Shown piece after piece: positions 45,191 through 55,764 of a DNA stretch of 64,000 bases. The notes beneath the pieces were generated by a model. It made no database searches. It saw nothing but the letters and a program-made list of their open reading frames with translations, and had not been told where the DNA came from. Origin of the DNA: Eukaryota sp. TZLM1-RC (Eukaryota; Protista; Metamonada: BaSk clade); contig JAUPSS010000010.1 in the NCBI GenBank assembly GCA_040285825.1, forward strand, positions 928,881 to 992,880, given 5' to 3'. The position numbers and the translations under genes were made by a program. How positions within the stretch are numbered: the stretch's first letter is position 1; the number at the start of each line of letters is the position of its first letter.

Positions 45191-45840
45191 TCAAATTGAC
45201 GGTTTCAAAACTTGAGGTCTTTCATTTCCTTCAAGATACTGATCTACAGCAAGAAGCATAGACGGATGTTACGTTTTTTAAACATCTTTTGATAACCAGT
45301 ATTCTTTGTAGGTGCTTGATGTTTAGAATTGGATGGCTTCCAATCACCCATCACCACAATGTTATCTTCTGGACCTCTAAACTTATTTTCAAGTTCATTC
45401 ATCCATTTTGCTTCAAACCTCTCTGTGGCCATGGATCTTCGCAGTTTCATGACTCTTAATTCTTTATTACAGTAAGTAGCTCCAACATGGAGAGGAGAGT
45501 TGTTTTTTGCCTTACAGTAGTTTAGGAATTTTTCATGATCTAGATTTTTTTTGAAAATTGTTTTAGTTCTTCTTCCCATTCCTTTACAGTTTTGGTTTGA
45601 TAAATCCTTGATTCTTTGGCATCCTTATAGAATTTTTGATGGTCTTTGTTCAGAATTTCTCTTCTTCTTTGAGGAAAGTGGGCCTCTTGAAAGTAAATTC
45701 CTTTAGCTTTATTTTCTTGTTCTCATTTGGAGGAGGAGGATTTTGTTTTTGTCTGAAGTCTAGTATCTTTTGTTTTGTCTTTTTGTTCTTTTTACTCTGT
45801 TAACAGATTCCCTATTTCTTCCTTTCTTTTCTTCATGACG
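45191..45840 (-). pseudogene. Internally deleted, frameshifted Fanzor1-like RNA-guided nuclease remnant
   Basis: QRRRE...VKEWEEELKQFS/K.LDHEKFLNYCK...Y....RVMKLRR....RFEAKWMNEL....NIVVMGDW.....HQAPTKNTGYQKMF, then a jump to a Fanzor-type tail YLEGNERPQVL before the TGA at 45191-45193. Confidence 0.7.
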
Positions 45841-46629
45841 CCATACGTCCCATTCTTATCTTCAATCTGTTGGGGTTGAGTATGGTTCAGTTAACATGTT
45901 GGGATTTGGGCAATTTAATTTTCGTTTCCCAGCCATCAATCGGTCCCTAATGCCAGTGTCAAGTGCACATGCAGCAGTGGACATTAAGGAAGAATTGGTA
46001 ATTTGGGTGATTCAATTCCTTTTTTCAAAGACTCACTATTCATCCAACAATAAACAATTATTTGCGTCAACAAAATTCAAGGAAAGCATGAAAGTCATTC
46101 TTTGATTGATTTCCTAAAAAAATTCGTGACGTCTTCCAGTGTTTCGCATATTTAGCCATTTTTCCACCAGTGTAGACGTTCGAAAGTTTTTTCTATTCAA
46201 ATGAGTCTTTATCAAAATGATAACACAGTTAGAAAATTCAATCTGACAATTTAAAAAACTGCTTCTTTTCATGAATAATTTGCACTCATATATTGATTAA
46301 CTTTCGAAGTGTTTACCCTATTAAATATCAATTCCTTGAGACGAACTTATGATGCCTATGGAATTTGAAACGTTTTATGGAATAATTTTGGATCTATCCA
46401 GGTTTGTCATCAACTTTTAGTACGAGTGCTGGGAAACATGTATGAATTACTCAACTATCAATAAGCTCTACACATTCGCAGAATCTGAACACCTCTTGAA
46501 CACCGCACATTTTTTTCCTCTCTACACGAGTCCCAAACCACTAATTTAGTCTTTAGATCCGAAGGCTCAGTTATTTGTTATTCAAGAGTTCAATTCATGA
46601 TTTTCTGAACACATTTATCGATATCTAGT

Positions 46630-47170
46630 TAATTTATTAATGTACTTGCGAATTTAACAAAATAAACTCATAAATAATGGGACGAAAATCATTAAACCAA
46701 AATTTCCTCTACAAAATCTTGATTTGCTTGCTGTCTAGCTAAACCTTCTCTAATTCGATTGAAAATCTGGGACAATCTATTGATAATGGCAAATTGAATC
46801 CGAAAGCGCCATAAAAAATATCAAGTCTTTTCATTGTTTTTTCTTGAACCGTTGTTTAGAAATCATTCAAAAAAGTTCCTGCTTCTACTGATCGTCTTCC
46901 GTTTATAGAAAATGGGAAAGCAATAAAAACAAGTGGTGTATTTCTATCAGAATTAGCTTCTTCAATATCTTTGTCATATTTTCTATGTTTTTCTTGGGCC
47001 TTAAATTCAAGTGCATCTACGGGATTAAGTTTTCTTCTTTGAGCCAAAGTGTCATTTGCAACATTACATGAGACAAAGTCAACAACAGCTTCAAAGTTCT
47101 CAATCCAATCACAGTATATATCACCTCTATCATCAGAGGCAAAATTATTCAATCACAGTGTTTTTTTCAC
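46630..47170 (-). mobile_element. Family A CRE-like element, 3' fragment (RLE)
   Basis: ORF 46856-47152 DDRGDIYCDW...KHRKY; family A 3' UTR. Confidence 0.88.
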
Positions 47171-47666
47171 CAGAGGCCTTACCGATATGAAATTGAAGAT
47201 TTAAATGAAGCAAGAAGTTTCAAAAATTTGTAAAAATTAGGTTTCAAACATTTTCAAATTCCTGAACCAATTTCAACAATTAGAATTTGAATTGAAAATT
47301 GGCATTGTTCAACCTTCAATACATGCAAATTCAGCCTATGTTCTAAATGAATAGCATCAATTGGAATCATTTATTCAACCAAAATTTCAAGTTGGACATT
47401 AAAACACAACTTTCTGGCTTAAACAAAATAGTACAAAGTACACTGTAGAGTTCTTTTCAATTTGGAATCACGGTCAGCTATTTCAACATAGCAATTGATG
47501 GGTTTTTGGGAAGACTATGTACATGTTTTTGGGATGCCTGTGGGCAAAGTTCTGACTTTAAATTATGAGTACATGATTTATCCAATTTAAAGTAAATGTG
47601 ATTCCCAATTAAGCAATAACAATCGCAGTTGACCATTCATTGTTAGCTTTATCTTTAAATAACATC

Positions 47667-47738
47667 GCCTCGGTGGTCTAGGGGTATGATTCTCGCTTAG
47701 GGTGCGAGAGGTCCCGGGTTCAAATCCCGGCCGAGGCC
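47667..47738 (+). tRNA. tRNA-Pro (anticodon AGG)
   Basis: GCCTCGG/CCGAGGC acceptor stem, TGGTCTAGGGG A-box, CTCGC-TT-AGG-GT-GCGAG anticodon arm, GGTTCAAATCC B-box. Confidence 0.97.
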
Positions 47739-47744
47739 TTTTTT
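47739..47744 (+). terminator. RNA polymerase III terminator (T6)
   Basis: TTTTTT immediately after the tRNA. Confidence 0.85.
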
Positions 47745-47782
47745 GAATTTTACATGGCTCAATCAAGTATACAACCATTTCA

Positions 47783-50618
47783 GGTGCAGTTGTGTAACTC
47801 TGTTTCATCTGATTTTCTTGATCCTTTGAGATGTCCTTTAAAAGTGAAGCCAATCCCAAATCCTCGTCAAGGATTCAATCTAGGTTGTGCTATTCGGTCC
47901 TTTCTAGATTCTTTTGTCCGAAAAGTGTATGACATTAATCCGTTGTGGAATTTCTTTAAGGATTCCTTATCAGTTTCTCAGTCCAACCCTTCTCTTACAC
48001 GTCCAGCTTCTACTGTTTCTTCCAAATGCAAAAGGTTTGAAAAAATGTTTCTTGATGGTAAAGTTAGTGGTGCAATGGCTTTTCTATCTAGTCAATCACT
48101 TGCTCCTCAAAATTCTGAGACCATTTCAACTTTGCTGAAACAACATCCTTTTGAAGATCCCATTGACTTTGCTTCCCCAGTAGATTCCTTTAATTATTGG
48201 AAATCAAATCCTTTTTCGGAAACAGAAGTATCTCGCTCCCTGTCTTCTCGTCCCTATGGTAGAGCTGCTGGTCCATCCCTTTTGACTTTTGATCATTTGA
48301 AATCTGCTTCAAAAGCTGTTGGAACAATCATTCCTTCGTTGACCCAATTGTTTAATTTGATAATGCTCAATCCTCAAGGATTTCCTCCTGAGTTGTCTGC
48401 GTCACGTTTAATTCCTCTCAGTAAGAAAAATAATGGAGTTAAACCTATTGCCATAGGTGAAGTTGTTTCACGATTATTGTCTTTGCTTGTGTTTTCTAGA
48501 ATGAAAATTGTGCCAAGGAATTTTTAGGGTCTTTTCAATTCGGTATCGGTACGTATGACGGTGCTATATCCGCTGCTCTTGCTGTTGATCTTTTCATGAA
48601 TTTGTCAATTGATAACATGGCAGTAATTTGTGATTTTAAAAATGCCTTCAATTCAGTTAAGCGCAATGCAATCCTTGAGTCTTTGAAAACGTCCCCTGTT
48701 CTGGCTGAAGTTTCCCCTCTGTTTGAGTTTTTGTATTCCAAACATTCGAATCTTGTATTAGACACTGACTCTATTCCTTCATGCTCAGGTGTAAAGCAAG
48801 GTGATCCCATTGGTCCTTTTCTCTTTTGTGTTGCTCTACATCCTTTGTTTGAAAAGTTGAAGTCTCGGTTTCCTGATTTGAAAGTTGTTGCTTACATGGA
48901 TGATGTCTCCCTTATTGGTAATGCTTCTTTAGTACACGAAGCTCTTATTTATTTTGGTAAACTTGCACTGAATATTGGTCTAGAACTTAACGCTAGCAAG
49001 TGTCAAGTTCTTGGGCGTTCGTTTCATTCAATTGTGCTTAACGATGAAGAAATTTCTTTTGTGGATTATCAAAATGTTTGTTTTGAATTACTGCGTTCTT
49101 TCATTGGAAATGAATCAGCCATTAGTAGATCATTACATAAGGAAAATGAAAGTGCATCTGCTAAGTTGGATGAAATTCAGGCTTTGCCGTTGAAAAACAT
49201 ATTAAATTCCATGTGGATAGGTTATGCTTCAGTTCTAAAGTAAATCACCTGATTCGCTCTATTCCACCGGATTTGACCACACCTGAAATCAAATTTTTTT
49301 TGTCTCGAAGAACCAACTTTTTGGTTGACTTACTTAGTGTTAAGAACATAAAGGATATTCCACTTCACTGTTTCAGGTCACATTCGCATGGTGGTGTTGG
49401 TTTGACTCGTTCATCCATCTTGACAAATGCTGCGTTCTTGGGAGGCATTAAGAATTTTTTGTTTGAATTATCTGTACGATTCCCTAATAGCTGGATTGAT
49501 TTAGTCACTAATTCTAACTCAAGTGCTGCTCTCTTTGTCACAATATTCCTTGATAACTGCCCTGATAAACTCTGGTTTTCAATGTTTGCTTCTACAGTTG
49601 ATGGTGCCTCTGTTGAAGTTAAAGATTTAAGTAATTTTTTGAGAACTGTCCCTCAACTGCAAAAGAAGTTGATTAATGCTCTCGAAGCTGAATCACTAGA
49701 AGAACAAATTAGCTTGGCTAACAATTCAGGTGATTCTTCCTTTGCAACATTTCTATCCTCTCTTTGCGATAAGGGTTCTTTTATCAACAGTGCATCTTGC
49801 CTAATAACCCAAGTACCTCGCCGTTTTGGTCTGTTGCTTTCCAATTCCCAGTTTTTAACAATTATGAGACTACGTTTGAACTTACCTCCCCCTCAGTGTT
49901 TAACAAATATTCGTTGTAAATGTGGAGCAGTTGCTTCCTATACTCATGTCTTATCTTGTAGGAAGTTCACTCAGAAGAGGTCGATTATTCACAATGCCGT
50001 TCGCGATTGCATTTATGATTTGTTGAAGAGTGCCCATCATCCAGTACGACTGGAACCAGTTTTTGATGAAATGCAGCTTGCTCAAAGTCAAAAAACAGGT
50101 GATATTCAATGTGCTTGGCGTAGCGGCCAGGAATTAATTATTGATTGTACAACTGTTTCTCCTTGAAAGTTGTCTTCGTCTTCGGACATTGAATCAACCC
50201 TCAAGAATGCGGAAAGGAGCAAGCACTCGAAGTATAATGATTTACTTGTACGTTTGAACAAACAACGTGGCAGAAACATTGTTTTTGTTCCAATTGGAAT
50301 TTCTATTTTTGGTACTTTAGGCAGGGAAGGACTATTTTTCTTGAATGATTTAGGCAGTTTCTTAAAAGACTCAGGACGTTCTTTTGATCAACTTATTTGG
50401 AAGAACAGAATTGTTTTCTCACTCTTTAAGGCTCTACCACGTTATTTTAACTCAATACTTTTAAGTATTACTGAGTTTCACAATGTACGTGCTCATGAAC
50501 CCGTAAATAGTGAGAATCTACCTTCATTTTGTCAGTGATCACTTATCTAGAATATTGCTTTGCATTGTTGTTGTTTATAGTAATCTTGTTTGCATTCTTG
50601 GAATAAATCCTAAACAAC
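47783..50618 (+). mobile_element. CRE-like RLE retrotransposon family C, frameshifted, inserted just downstream of tRNA-Pro
   Basis: ORFs 47754-48527, 48596-49243, 49213-50166, 50170-50538: RAAGPS, KPIAIGE, DFKNAFNS, KQGDPIGP, AYMDD, CKC..H..C, HNAVRD, KTGD..D, KHSKY. Candidate TSD ACCATTTCA at 47774-47782 and 50619-50627. Confidence 0.9.
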
Positions 50619-51628
50619 ACCATTTCATATGTTGACAAAATTGCACGATGAATCAACTCTACATTTCTCAATGTTAAATGTTTAACGTTCTGATGTTCAT
50701 TATGAATCAGATGATGATGGAAACTTTGAAGTTTAGAAATCTGCTATATAGTGGGTGTAATTAACATTCTTATTCCTCTAAATTAATTTGAACTATCAAC
50801 TTTCTTTGAGCAATTCTCCTCTCAGTTATTTAGATAACAAACAAATTGTCCTTTTCAATATAAGAACTACATCCGATACCATTCCGGAAGAATAATATTG
50901 AATCATTTTGACCAAGTGACCAGTTTTCCAAACTAAAAATGATGAAATAATGTTGTCAAAGGGGAGTTGATAATAATCAAAGGGAAAACACTACCTGTAT
51001 TGAGAAGTGTGATTGAAATGAAAGAAAATGGATGTTTGGAAATTCCAGTGACTTCGATCGAGTGGTTCTGCGATTCTTGATAGGTTAATCTAATTAATAA
51101 CCATTAATAATTAGTTTTTGGTGGTGAACGTGAGGAAAAAATAATTACAGCACAGTATCCAGGAGGGTTAATGATATAGTACAAATGAGTTTGGAGTTGA
51201 ATGAATTGAGAGCCTCTACTGGTTGTCTAGAGAAAGAATAAGCTGCAAAGAAAAGTAGCTCTGCATCAAATGTTGAAGCGAGAGAAGTGTAGTCAATAAA
51301 AAAGGGGTGTTTAGATGAGATTCCCACAAATACAAAGCAAAAACCTTCATGATCGTCTCCTTCAAATAACAGAAAGCAATAGAATGTGGATGGGAGAGAT
51401 AATTGTGATGATTATTTATTGAAGCCAGTTGTTGAATATACGCATTATGCGATGTGTAGCTAAAATGTAAACCAATGTTAGATCAAATTTATTGTTAAAT
51501 GAGGAAAGTGATGTCAACACACTTGAAAAACCAACGACGGACACTGGTGACACATTATAACTTTTGAGAGAGAAAATCAATGGGAGTCTACCATTTCGAT
51601 AGATATACAATTAATGCTTTCTCAGATT

Positions 51629-51940
51629 ATCTTTATTGAACATGCACACTTAATTAAATTATTTCATAACTAATGGGACGAATATCATTGAACCAAGATT
51701 TTCTCTACAAAATCTTGATCTGCTTGCTGTCTAGCTAAAGCTTCTCTTATCCGATTGAAAATCCGAGGTAATCTATTAATTATAACAAATTGAATTCGAG
51801 AACGCCATAAAAAATATCAAATCTTTTCATTGTTTTTTCTTTCACCATTTTTTGGAAGTCATTCAAAAAAGTTTCTGCTTCAACTGATTATCTTTCGTTT
51901 ATCGAAAATGGGAAAGCAATGAAAACTAGCTGTGTATTCT
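51629..51940 (-). mobile_element. Short 5'-truncated family A insertion with TSD
   Basis: About 310 bp of the family A 3' end, flanked by TTCTCAGATT at 51619-51628 and 51937-51946. Confidence 0.88.
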
Positions 51941-52027
51941 CAGATTCAAATTGTATTTGTTTTTCTATCAAAAAATTGATCTCCGCTTCGATAAGCTTTT
52001 TCATCTAATCAAACATCAGCGACAAAT

Positions 52028-53605
52028 ATGACAACGGACTTACCAGAGTCCGTATCTGATTGGTCCTGCGAGGACGTTCAAAAATGGCTTACCTCTATTG
52101 GTGAAGGTTTATGGGCCGATAACCTCCGTACTGTCACAGGACACCACTTGCTCACGTTTACTAACGAAACTCTGCGTCTTCGTTACAATATTCATTCTTC
52201 TGGAGCACGCTCAAACATTATGATGCACATTCATCAGTTTAGAGATCAACACATCTCCTCTGCCATTGACAACCGTAGATTTTCCATGCCTGTACCCCAC
52301 CGGACTGAGGAGTACACTTTTGGTCCTACAGTAGGAGCAGATCTAGAAGATGAAGTTACTGCCTCTCATCGTGAACGTCTCCTTTCCCTCCCAAAGCGAA
52401 ATTCACGTAATGGCTCCGTCAACAGCATCTCTTCCACCTTTTCCCGCTCACTTTCCCTCAACTCTGACGGTCCTCTTTCCTGCTCCTCCCCCCGCACCAT
52501 CTCCTCCGATGAGGTACCCAGTCTCCCCCTACTGGAGCCTCCTGCAACTCCTCAGTGGTTAACAGGTACAGTAGTTTGGGTCCATGCTAAGCTCGGATAC
52601 GGTCTCATTGAACCCAGCCCTCAGAGCAAAGTATTTATTACCCCTAACTCAGATGATGACATTTTGGTTGCCTTTTCTACCGTGAATCATTCTTGGGCAC
52701 ATACTATCGGATCTGGAAGTAAGGCTGACCCCAAACCTGATTCCATTAGTGTCATTGGTACGATCGTTCGTTTTACCCTATCGCCAAACCAGCACCACGT
52801 TCATTCTGCAGGAAAAGTAGAAGTCAAGGAACAGTCGAGACAATTACAATATGTGTATGAATCTGGAAAAACAAATGTAGGATTTGTTTACAAATCAGAG
52901 CAGAGTTTCTGCTTCATCAAGACTTTGGGTCTTGAAGTTTATGTTACCAAAGATAGAACTCAGCTCCCCGTGCGTGATTTTGGAGTTGGTGATGTGGTCT
53001 TATTTGAGTCAATGTGGTTTTTTGAAAAACCTCAAGCCAAGAACGTTCGTGTTGTTGACCATCATATGAACAAGGCCATCAAAGCCACCATTATCAGCGT
53101 CATTCCACAAGATAAGACTGGGTTCATTGCTTTGGCAGTTTGTGAAGGAGATGGTTGTTTGAGGGCAAAGTGTTTGGGATTTGATATAGGATCTGATGTA
53201 GTTATTATCAGAATGGGTGTACTCAACTCCAATGTCAATGAAGCAGATTTGGTTGGAAAGCGATGTCAGGTTGAACTAATGGCACATGTTTCTGGATTTT
53301 GGCATGCAACATCGTGTGTCTTGAATGATGGAGGCGACGTCATGCAGCTTGAAGACAGACTTCGTACGTTTAGCGTGGCTCAGGGCACAAGGTTGAGAGG
53401 AACTGTAACAAAAATCATACAGGATTCAAGAAAAAGCTATGGCTTCATTGTCCCAAATGGAATCACACTCAATAATGAAGTTTACTTCCACGAGGGTAGA
53501 GTTTGTCCTACTTCGAGAGATGTTGTTGGTGGAGCTACAGTGGAGTTTATTTTGATTTATACAGATACAGGGAAGCCCCAGGCCCAAAATGTAAAGGTTA
53601 TTTAG
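52028..53605 (+). CDS. SAM-domain + multiple cold-shock (OB-fold) domain protein, likely nucleic-acid binding
   Basis: WSCEDVQKWLTSIG..VTGHHLL..L SAM pattern; GTVVWVHAKLGYGLI, FCFI..EVY..GDVV.F..KPQAKNV, GTVTK..SYGFI..EVYFH..VEF..GKPQAQNV CSD patterns. Confidence 0.8.
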   Translation: MTTDLPESVSDWSCEDVQKWLTSIGEGLWADNLRTVTGHHLLTFTNETLRLRYNIHSSGARSNIMMHIHQFRDQHISSAIDNRRFSMPVPHRTEEYTFGPTVGADLEDEVTASHRERLLSLPKRNSRNGSVNSISSTFSRSLSLNSDGPLSCSSPRTISSDEVPSLPLLEPPATPQWLTGTVVWVHAKLGYGLIEPSPQSKVFITPNSDDDILVAFSTVNHSWAHTIGSGSKADPKPDSISVIGTIVRFTLSPNQHHVHSAGKVEVKEQSRQLQYVYESGKTNVGFVYKSEQSFCFIKTLGLEVYVTKDRTQLPVRDFGVGDVVLFESMWFFEKPQAKNVRVVDHHMNKAIKATIISVIPQDKTGFIALAVCEGDGCLRAKCLGFDIGSDVVIIRMGVLNSNVNEADLVGKRCQVELMAHVSGFWHATSCVLNDGGDVMQLEDRLRTFSVAQGTRLRGTVTKIIQDSRKSYGFIVPNGITLNNEVYFHEGRVCPTSRDVVGGATVEFILIYTDTGKPQAQNVKVI

Positions 53606-53894
53606 TTTTTAATTTATTTAGTTTCTGTTTGTAAGTATCGAGAAATAATTTTTTTGTTTATATAAATGTAGTATTGGATATTATTTTTTTGGTTCATAGT
53701 TGGATTCTTTGCTCCAGCAGATATTTCAAAAAATTTTGGATGTACCAAATTTATTTGCCTCTGCATGAGAGCTCTACCTGGAGGAAGTTTTGACTATAGG
53801 ATTGTAAATAGCTGGCATTGTGATGGAAAGCAACTGCACCATTTAAAATAATAAAAATAATCCGATTTAAAACACAAAAAAAACTAAAAGAAAT

Positions 53895-54635
53895 CTAATA
53901 CATTGCACTGGCTTGGAATTTCTTCCTTGGCATTTTGATTTTGTCTAGATTCTTAATAATCAAGTCTCTCAAAATAAAGTAATTATTACGAATTTCCAAG
54001 CAAGTGTTTTTCAAATTAATAATTTCCTTTTCGTCCATCTCCATAACAGCTTTCACATAATCCTGAATTCCTGGATATTTAATAATTTTAGATAAAACTT
54101 TACCCCTAGAGATATGATATCTTGAGATGTGATCAAAGACTCCCAGACCACTTTCTTCTGCTCTGCTGAGTTCACCGATGATGTCTTCCTGGACAGACAC
54201 GCCAAAGTTATCACCTGTGCTGGCTGGAGGAACATTGAGTTGAACGTACATCTTGACAATAGCCACAGACTCACACATCACATGGAGTTCTCTTTTCACC
54301 TTATCAGCAAGGTCCAAAACAGCTTGGTTTGCAGGTATGACTGGGCGGGATTGTTCAGAGGAGACTTCTTCGTGAGAGTCAGCGTCAGTACGTCTCCTTT
54401 TAGTACCAGCATCGGCGTAGATCTGGATGGATGTAGGGACTGAGTTGCGGACGGAAGAAGCAACTTCATCGACTTCGATCAGAGGTTGTTTCTCGGGACC
54501 TTGATTGAGGAATTTGTCTAATTCTGTGATCTTCCTGGCCCATTCATCCTTGAAGATTTGTTCTGCACGTTGAGTGATACGATCACGAAGTTCAGTGATT
54601 TCTTTTACTTCGGGTATTGTAGATGAAGAGGTCAT
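53895..54635 (-). CDS. Proteasome activator PA28/11S REG (PSME3-like)
   Basis: VKMYVQLNVP....GDNFGVSVQE, YHISRGKVLSKIIKYP..QDY, RNNYFILRDLIIKNLDKIKMPR, C-terminal MY; basic KRRR NLS-like insert. Confidence 0.9.
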   Translation of the reverse strand: MTSSSTIPEVKEITELRDRITQRAEQIFKDEWARKITELDKFLNQGPEKQPLIEVDEVASSVRNSVPTSIQIYADAGTKRRRTDADSHEEVSSEQSRPVIPANQAVLDLADKVKRELHVMCESVAIVKMYVQLNVPPASTGDNFGVSVQEDIIGELSRAEESGLGVFDHISRYHISRGKVLSKIIKYPGIQDYVKAVMEMDEKEIINLKNTCLEIRNNYFILRDLIIKNLDKIKMPRKKFQASAMY

Positions 54636-54719
54636 AGATGTTGCTGATGTTTGTAGTGATTAAGCAGGATTAGAAGTATAAGATTGCAAAGCAATTTTGA
54701 GTAATTTTTCTCAAAATAT

Positions 54720-55760
54720 TGTTTGGTCAACTCAAATACCCAGAAGAATCAAGAAGTTCTCGTTTGATTGCACTTGTCAAAAACTCAAAAATGGATGTTC
54801 CTCCTATTGCAGTCTCTGAGAGCTTACAAAATATTTTTTCTGTGTGTTGCTTAAGCAGGTATAATATATGCAGCTCGGCTGTTTGAAATCAAGATCTTCA
54901 CTCATTGTTATTGGAAAAGGGTGTTTGTGAAAACAAGTCGTCAGATTCTTCACTTTTTGTAACTATTGTACCACGAAGATTTGGATTGTGTGCCACTAAT
55001 GAAGTATTTGTAACAAAAATGAGATTATATTTGAACATTTCCATTTATCAATTATTATCAAAAGAAAATGTATTTGTTTGAATTCACCTCAACTCACTTT
55101 GCGCCATGCTCTGAATTGCTCTAAAATGATAACTTATCGTTCGTCATTACATGATGCTGTTAGAGACACTGTTTTCAATATGGCACAAACTGCAAGGATA
55201 TCGTGTATCAAAGAGTCCCTGCTGAAGGAAACACTTTCTCTGAATAATTTTGGTTCTGATGATAGAGGTGATGTATACTGTGATTGGATTGATAATTCTG
55301 AAGCTATTGTTGACTTTGTCTCATGTAATGTTGCAAATGATACTTTGGTTCACAGAAGAAAACTTAATCCTGTGGCTGCTCTGAATTTTAAAGCAAAAGA
55401 GAAACATAGAAAATATGATAACGATATTGAAGAGGCTAATGTTGGTGGAAATACACAGCTGGTTTTTATTGCTTTCCCATTTTCGATAAATGGAAGATTA
55501 TCAGTTGAAGCAGAAACTTTTTTGAATGACTTCCAAAAAAATGGTGTAAGAAAAAACAATGAAAAGATTTGATATATTGATATGGCGTTCACGGATTCAA
55601 TTTGCCATTATTTATTGATTACCACGGTTTTTCAATCGAATAAGAGAAGCTTTAGCTAGACAGCAAGCAGATCAACATTTTGTAGAGGAAATTTTGGTTC
55701 AATGATAGTCGTCCCATTAGTATTGAGTTATTAATTAAGTGTGCAAATTCAATAAATACA
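54720..55760 (+). mobile_element. Internally deleted family A copy directly upstream of the tandem array
   Basis: Starts in the RT1-2 region, jumps at TTAAGCAGG (~54860) to the post-thumb region, retains the RLE region (ORF 55078-55572) and ends AATAAATACA. Confidence 0.88.
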
Positions 55761-55764
55761 ATAA

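Noticed and set aside
47754-47782. ATG at 47754 as the true start of the family C element
   Set aside because: It lies outside the candidate TSD, so it is more likely flanking DNA that happens to be in frame with a 5'-truncated copy.
47587-47859. 90-aa minus-strand ORF (RPRPGFEPGTSRTLSENHTPRP)
   Set aside because: It is the antisense translation of the tRNA-Pro gene.
50900-51610. Hydrophobic minus-strand ORF fragments (also 24415-24980, 26700-27200, 63400-63810)
   Set aside because: They look like decayed gene remnants, but no family could be supported from sequence alone.
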